A stretch of 64,000 nucleotides of DNA, taken from NCBI GenBank assembly GCA_030390025.1, contig JASTWF010000036.1, positions 1,116,001-1,180,000 on the forward strand. The letters run 5' to 3'. How positions within the stretch are numbered: the stretch's first letter is position 1; each line of letters begins with the position of its first letter. The position numbers were made by a program, and so were the translations under genes. This DNA is from Squalus acanthias. Lineage: Eukaryota. Below are positions 37,444-49,139 of this stretch, piece after piece. Below the pieces are notes generated by a model. It worked only from the letters and a program-made list of their open reading frames with translations. It was not told the DNA's origin and ran no database searches.

Positions 37444-37905
37444 GTGTTAGCTGTGGCTCAGTGGGCAGCACACTCGCCTCTGAGTCTAGAAGGTTGTGGG
37501 TTCAAGTCCCACTCCAGAGACTTGAGCACAAAAATCTAGCCTGACACTCCAGTGCAGTACTGAGGGAGTGCTGCACTGTCAGAGGTGCTGTCTTTCAGAT
37601 GAGACATTAAACCGAGGCCCTGTCTGCTCTCTCAGGTGGATGTAAAAATGGTCCCATGGCACTATTTGCAAAGAAGATCAGGGGAGTTCTCCCCAGTGTC
37701 CGGGGCCAATTTTTATCCCTCAATCAACACAACAAAAACAGATGATCTGGTCATTATCAAATTGCTGTCTGTGGGAGCTTGCTGTGCGCAAATTGGCTGC
37801 CACGTTTCCTACATTACAACAGTGACAACACTCCAAAAGTACTTCATTGGTTGTAAAGCGCTTTGGGATGTTGTGAAAGGCGCTATAGAAATGTAAGTCT
37901 TTCTT
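37444..37905 (+). mobile_element. SacSINE1-like DeuSINE, full length
   Basis: Head, core and tail all present. Confidence 0.92.
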
Positions 37906-38109
37906 TGATCATGTTGAAACAAATAACCTGTTCTTCTTAGTTTAGGCCTGACCCCATTATCACGTGACATCTTTTCCCAGGCCCTTGCGAAGCTCATCTT
38001 CTCTATGAGACCCACCTGTTGCACCCTCGCCGCACCCTCCTGACGGAGCCCTTCATTACACAACTAACCCAATGCTGTCAATGGCTCCCTCTCTTCCCCC
38101 AACTTTAAA

Positions 38110-38365
38110 GACACAAATTTAAGATGATCGCAAAAAAGATTAACGGGGAGGTTTGAAAATATCTCTTTACATAGAGTGTGGAATTCTCTGCCTCAAACCC
38201 TTGCTGAAGCAGAGTCCACAGATTCTTCAATTAGGGAGTCAGACCATTGCTTGAGAAGGAGGAATATTCAAGGGTATGGGGGAGTGAGTGGGATTAGACC
38301 AGGTGCTTCATGTGGAGCAAAACATGGGGACAGACTTGATGGGCCGAATGACCTGCTTATGTTGG
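38110..38365 (+). mobile_element. Old CR1 3' fragment
   Basis: VWNSLPQTLAEAES...IQGYG; gatgggccgaatgacctgct tail. Confidence 0.65.
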
Positions 38366-38619
38366 GAAATTCTATCGCCGGGAAGCTCCTCGGGCTTTCT
38401 CCCTCTCCGCTGCCGCAAGTTCGCCGGAAACCCTGGGAAAATTCCCAGCCTATGATTCTATTACCCAAAACTTTCAACAGTTAAGATCCATGAGCCCGGG
38501 TGTACCGCAGCCTGTCATTCAAATGTTAATCATAATTGAGAGCTGGTTTATAACCATTTACTAAATCTTTTGAGTATAACAAATCTGTCCAAATGTCGAG
38601 GGCGGGTAATTATACTAAA

Positions 38620-38790
38620 AAGAACCAAAAATTGCTGGAAATGCGCAGCGGCACTGTCAACATCTGGAAAGAAAAGGACTTATTATTTTGGACGTTGACG
38701 CTTTATGTCTTTTCCCTGTCCAGCTGCTGACGGGCCGACTGTGTATTTCCACCAATTTCTGTTTTCATTTTAGCTTTCCAACATTTTTTT
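38620..38790. repeat. Fold-back of inverted Penelope terminal fragments, second example
   Basis: aaattgctggaaatgcgcag...catctgga versus tccagctgctgac...ctgtgtatttccaccaattt. Confidence 0.6.
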
Positions 38791-39231
38791 CTCTACATTT
38801 AGCAAGTGAAACCAACCTTTTATGAACTGTTTGAAGTTAATACAGGAATGAAACCTCTGCCGCTACAGGAGGGAAGGCCGAAAGCAGTGGAAACATTTCA
38901 GTTAAGGAGGAGAAATGAATGGTACTTTTGGAAAACTTCGAATTCAGAATCCCGATCAGATTTGTTCAACACGAGCCTGCAAGTGGGTCTCTAATTCCTG
39001 CTCAGTGTCCATATCCTAACTGTTGTCATCTCCTATCTGGCCAAGCCCAGACTCGTTTCCCTCCCGTAGAACACGAGGATAGATTTTACCAGCTCATGCT
39101 CCCAGAGCAGGGCTTTTGTGTGGCGGGAGTGCATATCGGGAATTTGGGAGCAGAGGTCAACGCAGGATTTTCCGTCCATAACTATTTAATGAATGGAAAA
39201 TCGTTCGGGTCCCACTCATCTCTACCGATAC

Positions 39232-39688
39232 AGACTTATATTTGCATTTATATAGCGCCCTTCACACCCTCAGGACGTCCCAAAGGGCTTTACAGCCAAT
39301 GAAGTACTTTTTGAAGTGTAGTCACTGTTGTAGGAAACACGGCAGCCAATTTGCGCACAGCAAGATCCCACAAACAGCAATGTGATAATGACCAGATAAT
39401 CTGTTTTAGTGATGTTGATTGAGGGATAAATATTGGCCAGGAGAACACCAGGAATAACTCCCCTGCTCTTCTTTGAAATAGTGGGATCTTTTACGTCCAC
39501 CTGAGAGAGTAAACGGGGCCTCGGTTTAACGTCTCATCTGAAAGACGGCACCTCCGACAGTGCAGCACTCCCTCAGCACTGCACTGGAGTGTCAGCCTAA
39601 GATGTTTTGTGCTCAAGTCTCTAGAGTGGGACTTGAACCCACGACCTTCTGACTCAGAGGCGAGAGTGCTAGCCACTGGCTGACACAC
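39232..39688 (-). mobile_element. SacSINE1-like DeuSINE, full length
   Basis: Reverse complement of the same family. Confidence 0.92.
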
Positions 39689-40404
39689 TTGTAGCGGCAG
39701 GAGCAAGGATTCATAAAACATCCTCAATAATCATCTTCTCATCCACAGCATTAAATAGATTGCATTTCTCGAAGCCATTCACAATAATCTGTGGATCCAA
39801 TGCTGTTCACCCTCTCACTCTGCACTGGATGATTTCCTTCAGCGTTCGAAGCTCGAATATGATTTCCAGCCCTGAAGGTGTGTGGGTCGAACGATTCAAT
39901 TACAGAGCAGCCCCTTCAGATTTATTTCCGCTCACCTGTGCCATGACATCCTGTAAGATAACAAGTGAATTCACCTATGCACAGGCTTTATCCTTTTCCT
40001 CTTGAATAGTGGCCTCCAGTAAGGTGCTCCATAAATGACCCGCGGTCTAAAACAAAAGCCGCAGAGATTTAAGATAGCCGACAGTCGGGCACGAATGCTA
40101 AGTGGCACAGAGCAGGATAGATGTAGGTTTGATTGCGGCTCTGCTCAACTCTGGCTCTGGATGAGAAGATGATCATTGAGGAGCTTTTATATGAATTCTT
40201 GCTCCTGTCACTGCGAGTCCATGTCGGTAATCCAGGTGCTAGAGATTCGTGCAACCCCAGCATTTTCCTGACGGGGAGAGAGAGAAAATTCGAAGGGAGG
40301 GTCACTATTTCACAAGATAAACGAGGAAAAGCCCTTGGCCTACTTTAGCTCATTCATCCTGGAAGACCCTGTAGTTCTCCACCTCACAGTGTCTGTTTCT
40401 TAAA

Positions 40405-40734
40405 GGCAAGCTCCCGCAAACAGCAATGTGATAATGAGCAGATAATCTGTTTTTTGTTATGTTGATAACATTTATTGACCGGGATAAATATTGACCGGGA
40501 CACCAGGGAGAACTCCCCTGCTCTTCTTCCAATAGTGCCATGGGATCTGTTACATCCACCTGAGAGAGCAGACTTAACGTCTTAACATCTCATCCGAAAG
40601 ACGGCACCTCCGACAGTGCAGCACTGGGAGTGTCAGCCCAGAATTTTATGCAGCAAGTCTCTGGAGTGGGACTTGAACTCACAACCTTCTGACTCAGAGG
40701 CGAGAGTGCTACCCACTGAGCCACAGCTGACACC
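40405..40734 (-). mobile_element. DeuSINE, 3'-truncated
   Basis: Head and Deu core; adjacent to a short minus-strand CR1 fragment (40740-40840). Confidence 0.88.
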
Positions 40735-41542
40735 ACGATTGAAAGCCACGATTGAATCTGCTTCCACCGCCCTTTCAGGCAGCGCGTTCCAGATCACAAC
40801 AACTCGCTGCGTCAAAAGAATTCTTCTCATCTCCCCCTTGAAGTGTGGAGAAAAAGATTCATTCATTGACGGCGCAAAGGAGGATTAAAATGTGTATTTC
40901 CTGACGTCACAAGTTAAATTATCTTCCAGTCTCCCACCATTTTAGTCATTCTAGTGGTATACCTCCAAATACTGGTAGGAGTCACCTTGGAAGTTAGCCA
41001 AGGTCATGTGGCATCTATGGAGCCTCAGCCCTGAGGAGAGAATATTGCAACAGTCGTGAGCATAACTTTACACATTTACTTTACACTAGTTTATTTCACC
41101 ACTTTAGATACTTGAAAGTATACATAATCTGTTAATAGCCTGTTTGTAAAGCACAGAAACATGATATATTGTGCCTACTCAGTTGCACATGCACTAATGG
41201 CTACACAAGGCTTTCTAATGGGTTTTCTGTCAGTTGTCGAAAAAGTTTGCATGTTTAAAAAGTAAATTAATGCTCTGTACTTAAGGGGATAACAGATGGC
41301 TGATAGTAAGTTACTAGACAGTAATTCAATCAAATGGTTCTGGTGACATCATTAACTATGACTGGGCAATTTATGAACGTCAGCAGAACCTCAATTGAAT
41401 ACTGTCTTAAACTCATCAACAGTCATTTGTTATTTATAATATTGTTTGTTGTGAAATTGGTTAACCTTTTCGGAGCTATCTTTCAGTGGGATCAGTGTGA
41501 CTCAGGTGAAAGGGCAATAAAGAAGGGCGGTCTACTAGTTAA

Positions 41543-42000
41543 TCTCGATTTCAAAATTCTCATCCTTGTTTCCAATCCCTCCATGGCCTCGCCCCTCCCT
41601 ATCTCTGTAATCTCCTTCAGCCCCACAACCCCCCGAGGAAAAAATATTGCCCAGGATACCGGGGATAACTCCCCTGCTCTTCTTCAAAATAGTGCCACGG
41701 GATCTTTGACATCCACTTGAGAGGGCAGACGGGGCCTCGGGTGTAATATCTCATCCGAAAGACGGCACCTCTGACAGGTGCAGCACTCCCTCAGCGCTGC
41801 ACTGGGAGTATCAGCTGAGAGTTTTGTGTTTAAGTCTCTGGAGTGGGACTATGAACCCACAACCTTCTGACTCCGAGGCAAGAGTGCTACCCACTGAGCC
41901 ACAGAGAGGTAGCGAGGCGGAGAGGTTTAGGGAGGGAATTCCAGAGTTTAGGGCCTAGGCAGCTGAAGGCACGGCCGCCAATGGTGGAGCGATTAAAATG
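41543..42000. mobile_element. Composite: L2 fragment (+), DeuSINE 5' half (-), L2 fragment (-)
   Basis: 41543-41637 L2 FKILILV...; 41638-41903 SINE; 41905-42000 L2 RSTIGGRAF on the minus strand. Confidence 0.8.
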
Positions 42001-42809
42001 GGCCTGTTTGGGGACTCTCCTGTCTGACCATGCCAGTGTGTGACAAAATACCATACATTCTGTGTGACAATATACTATTACATTGTGTGGCAATATACTC
42101 TATGCTGTGTATTAAAATATACCATGCCATGCCTTAGAGTATACTGTGCTCTGTGAGCACTATAATAATACCACTTATTCTAATATATGACTATTATTAG
42201 CAGTTGTACTTCAGGGTGATTTCAGCAGAGCCCAAACGTCTGTGCACGCAATGCTCCACATGAATGGTGACAACAAAGGTGTGTGTATGTGACTTAATGA
42301 TCTGGCCCAATGTTGGGGTCCGTGTGGGACAGCAATGTTAAAACCACATCAGAAGGCTAAGCTGCTTGCCTCTTGACACCAGCAGCACTTTCCCACTGGA
42401 TGCAGGCTACAAAACGACCCCCTTTCTCTCTCTCAGGACTACTCTATAGAGCCATCGATTTGAGCATGGTGCTTTTAATGTGGAGGCACTTTCATGGTAG
42501 TGGGTCGCTCCCATGGAGTATGTGTCATGCTTGACCGAGATGACCTTTGTATAGTGCTTTACACCTCCATTCTTCACGGGCTAATAGACTCATTGTTTGC
42601 CTCTTTGTGAAAGTAGTTAGCAGGTGTGTACTGTTGACTTTTACTTGTTGTTCATGCAGTTTTAACCTTTTTACTTTCTTTACTGGGCAGTTAACGTGTG
42701 ATGGCTGGAACATGTAATTCAAATAAGTCAAAGCTCACTCAGTATGATTCAACTCACTGCTGTGCCAGGTGGTGACTTAACTTAGCAAGAGAGCTATCTG
42801 ATTCTTATG

Positions 42810-43341
42810 ATGTGTTCATATCCTTCCATGGCCTCGCCTCTCCCGATCTCTGTAACCTCCTCCAGACCTACAATTCTCATCCTCATGTTCAAATCCCTCC
42901 ACGGCCCGTGCACCTCTCCCTATCTCTGTAACCTCCTCCAGACCTACAATTCTCATCCTTGTGTTCAAATCCCTCCATAGCCCTTGCACCTCTCCCGATC
43001 TCTGTAACCTCCTCCAGCCCTACAACCTTCCGAGATCTCTGCGCTCCTCCAATTCTGGCCTCATGCGCATCCCCGATTTCCATCGCTCCACCATTGGCGG
43101 CCGTGCCTTCAGCCGCCTGGGCTCGAAGCTCTGGAATTCCCTCCCTAAACCTCTCCGCCGCTCTCTCTCTCCTCCTTTAAGACCCTCCTTAAAACCTCCC
43201 TCTTCGACCAAGCTTTTGGTCACCTGTCCGAATATCTCCTGATGTGACTCGGTGTCGAATTCTGTTTGATTACGCTCCTGTGAAGCGCCTTGGGATGTTT
43301 TGCTATATTAAAGGCACTATATAAATGCAAGTTGTTGTTGT
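42810..43341 (+). mobile_element. L2 LINE 3' end with a tandemly repeated ~75-bp 5' segment
   Basis: FKSLHSPCTSPDLCNLLQPYNLPRSLRSSNSG; atctctgtaacctcctccag occurs three times. Confidence 0.9.
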
Positions 43342-44149
43342 GTCAGGCAGCTGAATATTTGATATGTACGGAGCAGTGAATATGTGCCGCTGACCTGAAT
43401 GGGGATAAGCTGGTTGTAGGGAGGTCGCAGAGTTCCAATGACTTTGTGAACAGCAAGGACTGGTACTTGTGTTTATTCAGTTTCTCCCCTCTGCTCCTGA
43501 AGGCTCTCTTGCTGGGCTACAGTTCCACTCCCACAGACACCTTGCTTAAGTAAGAAAGAAAGAGCGAACTTGCATTTCTATAGCGCCTTTCACATCCTCA
43601 GGACGTCCCAAAGCGCTTTACAGCCAATGAAGTACTTTTTGAAGTGTAGTCACTAAGTGATGTTGGTTGAGGGATAAATATTGGCCGGGACACCGGGGAG
43701 AACTCCCCTGCTCTTCTTCGAAATAGTGCCGTGAGATTTTTTACGTCCACCTGAGAGAGCAGACGGGGCCTCGGTTTAACGTCTCATCCAAAAGACGGCA
43801 CCTCCGACAGTGCAGCACTCCCTCAGCACTGCACTGGAGTGTCAGCCTAGAAAGTCTCCTGGAGTGGGAATTGAATCCACAACCTTCTGAATCAGAGGCG
43901 AGAGTGCTACCCACTTTGTTTTAATACATATTATTTATTGAACATTAAAAACATTTACAACATCGTGATCATTCCATTGTATCATTCAAATCCATTCCGC
44001 CGCTCTGCCCAGCCATTCCTCCACCACATATTAACATCAAAACCTGAAGTTCAATTTGTCTCCCATAATATATACTAATCTATTGTACTTTAAAAATTGA
44101 TCAGTAATCATGGCTCCGAATAAGGCAAGTGTGCCTGATAATCCCCCCA

Positions 44150-46208
44150 TCATTTAATCTCCGGTCCTTCCCTCCTCTCATGCTCCTTCCCAACTTTTCG
44201 GGCAGCTGTTGCTTTCTCCTGCAGCCTCCGGCTCTTTTTCACCTCCTGTTTGAACCTTCCCTGCAGTTTCAGCCTCTTCCTTACATTAGGTTTGGGCCGA
44301 GGAGCTGCCCCTTCTCCCTCCTTCTGCCCCTCACTAACCTTTCCCTTTCCACACGATGCCACCCCACCCCTCACTTCCATGTCTCTGTCCCCCTCTGACT
44401 CCTCGCTCTCGAGCTCTTCTGTAACCTCCCGTCCCTGCTCCCCGTCAGATACATAATCTCCCTTAGAGAGTCTTCCTGCTATCACGGTTTCTCCAACAGT
44501 GCCGCTCCCTTCGGGCTCATCTCCAACGCTGACCCTTGCTCCCCGTTTCTTCTCTCTCTGGGACAATGGCGCATCTGCACCTATCTTGCTCCCTTCTGGT
44601 GTCTTTGTCTCGCCGCTCCTGTCCTGCTACCCCTTTAAGGCTCCTGCCTCTTGAACCCTCTCCTTGTCTTGCCCCCTCCTGCTCCCCGAGATGTCCGACT
44701 CCCCGTCTTTCTTTGGAGTACTTACACTTACCCCGCGCCCCGCTCCCGCCTCCTCTCCCCCCGCGGACACCAGATTCTTTAGGGAGAGCCGATCCGTATT
44801 ATGGCTTGACTCTGCCCTCGACCCGTGCTGCCCGCTGCTGCCTTTGTCCTTTTCCACCGTACTTGGTGTGTTTTCCACCATCTCCATCCTGTTCTCTGCT
44901 CCGCAATTTTCTGCCTCTTCCTGCGCTCTTTTCTCCTTCCATTCACCAGCTGTGTCCTCCGCCTGCTCCGCTCCTCCAGCTGCTCCACTCACACCTCCTG
45001 CTCCTTCTCCTTCTCCCATCTCCTCGTCCCTCAAGGGGCTTCCTTCTGCCTCACACTCACAGCGGGTGGAGCCTTTGTGACACACACCACAGCTCTCCGC
45101 CTTGCAGCTACGAGCGATGTGTCCAGACTTGCCGCAGTTATAACTGTACAAGTCTGGACAGCTTCTTACAAGATGGTCGTGTCCAAGACAATAATAACAA
45201 ACCATCACCTGGTTACCATGCAGTACTCGGAAGTACTGCACTCCTTCCATTGTCTTGAATTTCATGCTATACGGCAATGACTTCACCCCCTCTGGGAACC
45301 GCATCTTTACATAACGGGTTCCATCTACTACCCGTGTTCCTGAATAGTATCTCCTCTTTATTGCCGAGCAAATTTTAATGTCCCACGACTCCAACTTTTT
45401 TATTAGCACATCGTCCTCAATATAAACCGGCAGGTTTAAGAATGAGACCACCACCTCTTCAGAATATAGCAGAGATACCTCCAAGAACTTATCTCCAACC
45501 TTCAAACTCAGTAAAAGTCTTTCCACCTCCTCTCGACCACTGACCGTCACCTCGAACCCAACATTCGGCTTTGGGGGCAACACGGTGGCATAGTGGTTAG
45601 CACTGGTGCCTCACAGCGCCAGAGACCCGGGTTCGAATCTGACCTCGGGTGACTGTCTGTGTGGAGTTTGCACATTCTCCCCGTGTCTGCGTGGGTTTCC
45701 TCCGGGTGCTCCGGTTTCCTCCCACAGTCCAAAAATGTGTGGGTTAGGTTGATTTGGCTATGATAAATTGACCCTTAGTGTTAGAGGGGATTAAATATGT
45801 GGGGTTATGGGGATAGGATGGGATATGTTAGGGGGAATTAAATACGTGGGGTTACGGGGGTAGGGTGGGATATGTGTACTGTGGGGATTAAAGCAGGGAC
45901 AGGGTACTGGATTTGGATGATCAGCCATGATCGTATTGAATGGCGGAGCAGGCTCGACGGGCCGAATGGCCTACTCCTGCTCCTAGATTCTATGTTTCTA
46001 TGTTTCTATGTTTTGGTCGGCAGGCAAAGCAGCTTCCCTCGCCACAGTCCTCATGTACCGCCTGGATAATATCCCAAGCTCGTATCTCCTTATCCTCGCA
46101 CTGAACCACCACCGTGTCGTCTTTTCCAAACCTCCTGGGGTCCCGGCCCAAATCTTTGGGCCTTTTTTTCTCCCTTTCCCCAACATTTTCCCCCCTGATT
46201 AAATTCAT
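44150..46208 (-). pseudogene. Tx1-type ORF1 (gag-like, zinc knuckles), disrupted by a SINE and one TAG
   Basis: Excising 45575-46011 plus one TSD copy joins FACRPK|PNVGFEVTV in frame; motifs VVSFLNLPVYIED, DGTRYVKMRFP, CYYCLGHDHLVRSC, SYNCGKSGHIARSC; TAG at 44629-44627 with the same frame continuing to 44150 (539 codons in total). Confidence 0.88.
45575..46011 (+). mobile_element. HE1-type V-SINE
   Basis: tRNA head (ggtggcatagtggttagc...gggttcgaatc), V-domain gtgtggagtttgcacattctccccgtgtctgcgtgggtttcctccgggtgctccggtttcctccc, CR1-type tail; TSD tttgg. Confidence 0.93.
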
Positions 46209-46707
46209 CCTGGGAACATGGTCATCTGAGCTCTGGGCCCCTCAGCAGCCATCTGGCTACTGTTTGAGGACCAAAAAGGCCCTAAACCCTGGAAAAAAAA
46301 CCACCACCAACTTTTTACAAACTCACTCCAACTCCCTGCAGTAATCAAGCACCCAGCAGCACCTGCTCACTCCTAGCCCCTCCCACCTAGAGAGTGCTGC
46401 CCACTGAGCCATGGCTGGTCATTCTTGTCTAGTTGAGCTTGAACAGTGAGGGTTAGTAGGTTATTCGATATGCCTGCCCTGACCCTGTCATCGCTCAGTG
46501 TCTACCCACTTGCACTTTCCGGCGGGCGAGACTGGACAGTGTTCAGAAGTCGGAACTCTGACCGAACTTTTGCCCCTCCCTAGCCTATTCTAGCGTTCCG
46601 ACTGAGATCCGCTAACTCAGCGCACGTCGAAACGTGAACCCGATGCCTTCTGGTCTGCTGCACCACCTCCAGGGCCATCAGGGGAGCTGTGAGCATCATT
46701 TGAAGCC

Positions 46708-47050
46708 CAGGTTTCCCCTGGCTGGGGGGTCTCGAACGAGGGGTCACAGTCTCAGGATACGGGGTAGGACATTTAGGACTGAGATGAGGAGAAATTTCTT
46801 CACTCAGAGGGTGGTGAACCTGTGGAATTCTCTACCCCAGAAGGCAGTGGAGGCCAAGTCACTGAATATATTTAACAAGGAGATAGATAGATTTCTAGAC
46901 ACAAAAGGCATCAAGGGGTATGGGGAGAGAGCGGGAATCTGGTATTGAGATAGAGGATCAGCCATGATCATATTGAATGGCGGAGCAGGCTCGAAGGGCC
47001 GAATGGCCTACTCCTGCTCCTATTTTTCTATGTTTCTCTGTTTCTATGTT
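46708..47050 (+). mobile_element. CR1 (HER1-type) 3' end
   Basis: FPLAGGSRTRGHSLRIRG...; canonical tail. Confidence 0.93.
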
Positions 47051-47196
47051 TGCTTCCTGCTGCTGCTCCTGTGTAAGGGTGCTCAGCACACACACACTAT
47101 TTCTCACAAGGCGTACAGATTATATTAACAGAAAACATTCTTGCTCGAGCACGATAACTCGATCAGGTAGATTTTGAAATCAATGGACGGAAAATC

Positions 47197-47972
47197 AAGA
47201 ACATAAGAACATAAGAAATAGGAGCAGGAGTAGGCCACTTGGCCCCTCGAGCCTGCTCCGCCATTCAATAAGATCATGGCTGATCTTGGGCTCAAAGCCA
47301 CTTCCCTGCCCGCTCCCCATAACCCTTCACTCCCTTATCTTGCAAAAATCTGTCTATCTCCACCTGAAATGTATTTAATGGCCCAGCCTCCACGGCTCTC
47401 TGGGGCAGAGAATTCCACAGATTCACCACCCTCTGAGAGAAGAAATTCCTCCTCATCTCAGTTCTAAAAGGGCGACCCTTTATTCTAAAACTATGCCCCC
47501 GCATTCTAGATTTCCCCACGAGGGGAAACATCCTCTCTGCATCTACCTTGTCGAGCCCCCTCGGTATCTTATATGTTTCAATAAGATCACCTCTCATTCT
47601 TCTAAATTCCAATGAGTATAGGCCCAGCCTACTCAACCTTTCTTCATAAGTCAACTCCCTCATCTCAGGAATCAACCGAGTGAATCGTCTCTGAACTGCC
47701 TCCAATGCAAGTATATCCCTCCTTAAATAAGGAGACCAAAACTGTACACAGTACTCAAGGTGTGGTCTCACCAATACCCTGTACAGTTGTAGCAGGACTT
47801 CCCTACTTTTATACTCCAACCCCCTTGAAATAAAGCCCAACATTCCATTTGCCTTTTTGATTACTTGCTGTACCTGCATGCTAACTTTTTGTGTTTCACG
47901 CACAAGGACCCCCAGGTCCCTCTGAACTGTAGCATTTTGTAATCTCTCTCCATTTAAATAATAATTTGCTTT
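47197..47972 (-). mobile_element. CR1 (HER1-type) 3' portion
   Basis: ORF 47292-47903: KKANGMLGFISRGLEYKS...RPHLEYCVQFW. Confidence 0.95.
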
Positions 47973-48009
47973 TCACGGGCAGCACCTTCACGACTTTCCG
48001 ATTACGAGC

Positions 48010-48360
48010 TGGTGGCGTGTGAGGCCCTGCTGGTGATGTGGGGCTTTGCGCAGTTTGCCCTCGTGGAGGTAAATGCAGTGGAGAATGTGCAGAGTTAACT
48101 GATATCAGCCAGGACAGCTGTGGGCCTCAGCGTCCCAAGGCAAAGGAGGGAAAAACCCGGCCAAGGATTCTGCTCCTGATCACCATCCAGGGCCCCACCT
48201 CCCCCACACCACCTTGCCGGGATGTGCGAGTGCACAGATTGTTTGGCTGTGAGATCTCTTGTAGCCCAATAGACCCCAACTCTCGCTGCTTAGGGTCAAA
48301 ATTGGAGAACGCTCACCCAAGTATGGTACCAACGGGATGCCTGGAATCACAGAACCAGAT
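48010..48360 (+). mobile_element. AmnSINE2-like SINE
   Basis: gtgcagagttaactgatatcagcc...ttctgctcctgatcaccatccag. Confidence 0.55.
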
Positions 48361-48365
48361 TCCAT

Positions 48366-49139
48366 GGGCTGGATTTTGTCTTGGGGTCGGGTTGGGGTCG
48401 TGTCATCCGCATTTCGTGTTCCCCCCCCCCCGACTCCAGATTAATGTGGATGAATGATGCAATTTTCACTTAATTGGGCAATTGAGTTCCAGCATAAACT
48501 AATTAGTGGTTTCAGTCTGAAAGTCGCCTCTGATGATGTCATCATTGCTGCAGCATTGCAGGTGAGAGACTGTCTGCCTGGTCTCAGAGATTGTCTGGCT
48601 GTTGGAGAGAGAGGACCTGCCTGGCTTTTGATGTGATTGGACCTGGATGCAAAATTGATATGAGAGAGAGAGAGAGAGAGAGAATTTTTTTGCATCCAAG
48701 TCCTCTCACAGCAAAGGCCAGGCAGTCTCTGAAGACATTCAATGCAGCAGCATCAGAGGCGACTTTCAGACCTAATACTACTACTACCTTCATCACATCT
48801 CCGTTGTAACAGTGGACCTGCAGCTGATAGTCAGCTATCCACTTGTGCTCCTGCCAGGTTTCACTGGAGTGTTTCACACCAGACTTCACGTCAGAAAAGG
48901 GTTAAACTAGCTAAAACGTTTCAAAATGGCATTACAGAGCCAATTTAGGGCTTGTTAAGGGCTTTAATGGCCTCTCCCGCCTCTTGGAGGCGGGACGGAG
49001 TCGGGAACCCCACGACTGATTTTGTCAAAATTGCGTGGAGGCGGGATGGAGTCGGGATGGGGTCGGGACCCCCGACCCCGCAAATTTAACCCCCCACACG
49101 CCCCAAACCCGACTCCACGGGTCATTGAAAATCCAGCCC
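48366..49139. mobile_element. Harbinger-type MITE family B (inverted relative to 16797-17627)
   Basis: TIR GGGCTGGATTTT; perfect TSD cat/cat. Confidence 0.9.

Larger units (their letters stand above)
43916..46389 (-). mobile_element. ORF1-only Tx1/L1-clade non-LTR retroelement
   Basis: 16-bp TSD gagagtgct(a/g)cccact (43900-43915 and 46390-46405); AATAAA at 43939-43934 and an A-rich end; no EN or RT motifs. Confidence 0.88.
43552..46417 (-). mobile_element. DeuSINE split by the Tx1-type element (pieces 43552-43915 and 46390-46417)
   Basis: The head sequence gagagtgctacccact resumes as gagagtgctgcccactgagccatggctg. Confidence 0.9.
43478..46700 (-). mobile_element. AmnSINE2-like SINE (outer layer of nest; pieces 43478-43551 and 46417-46700)
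   Basis: accttgcttaagt|ggtcattctt rejoins to match the family motif acctcacccaagtggccattctt seen at ~1951-1975. Confidence 0.65.

Noticed and set aside
44627..45583. Host ZCCHC3-like gene or retroviral gag
   Set aside because: Intronless, TSD-bounded, A-tailed and inserted in a SINE, with no LTRs; fits Tx1-type ORF1.
45575..45650. Functional tRNA genes here and at DeuSINE heads
   Set aside because: Each continues directly into SINE body and tail; no complete cloverleaf with a terminator.
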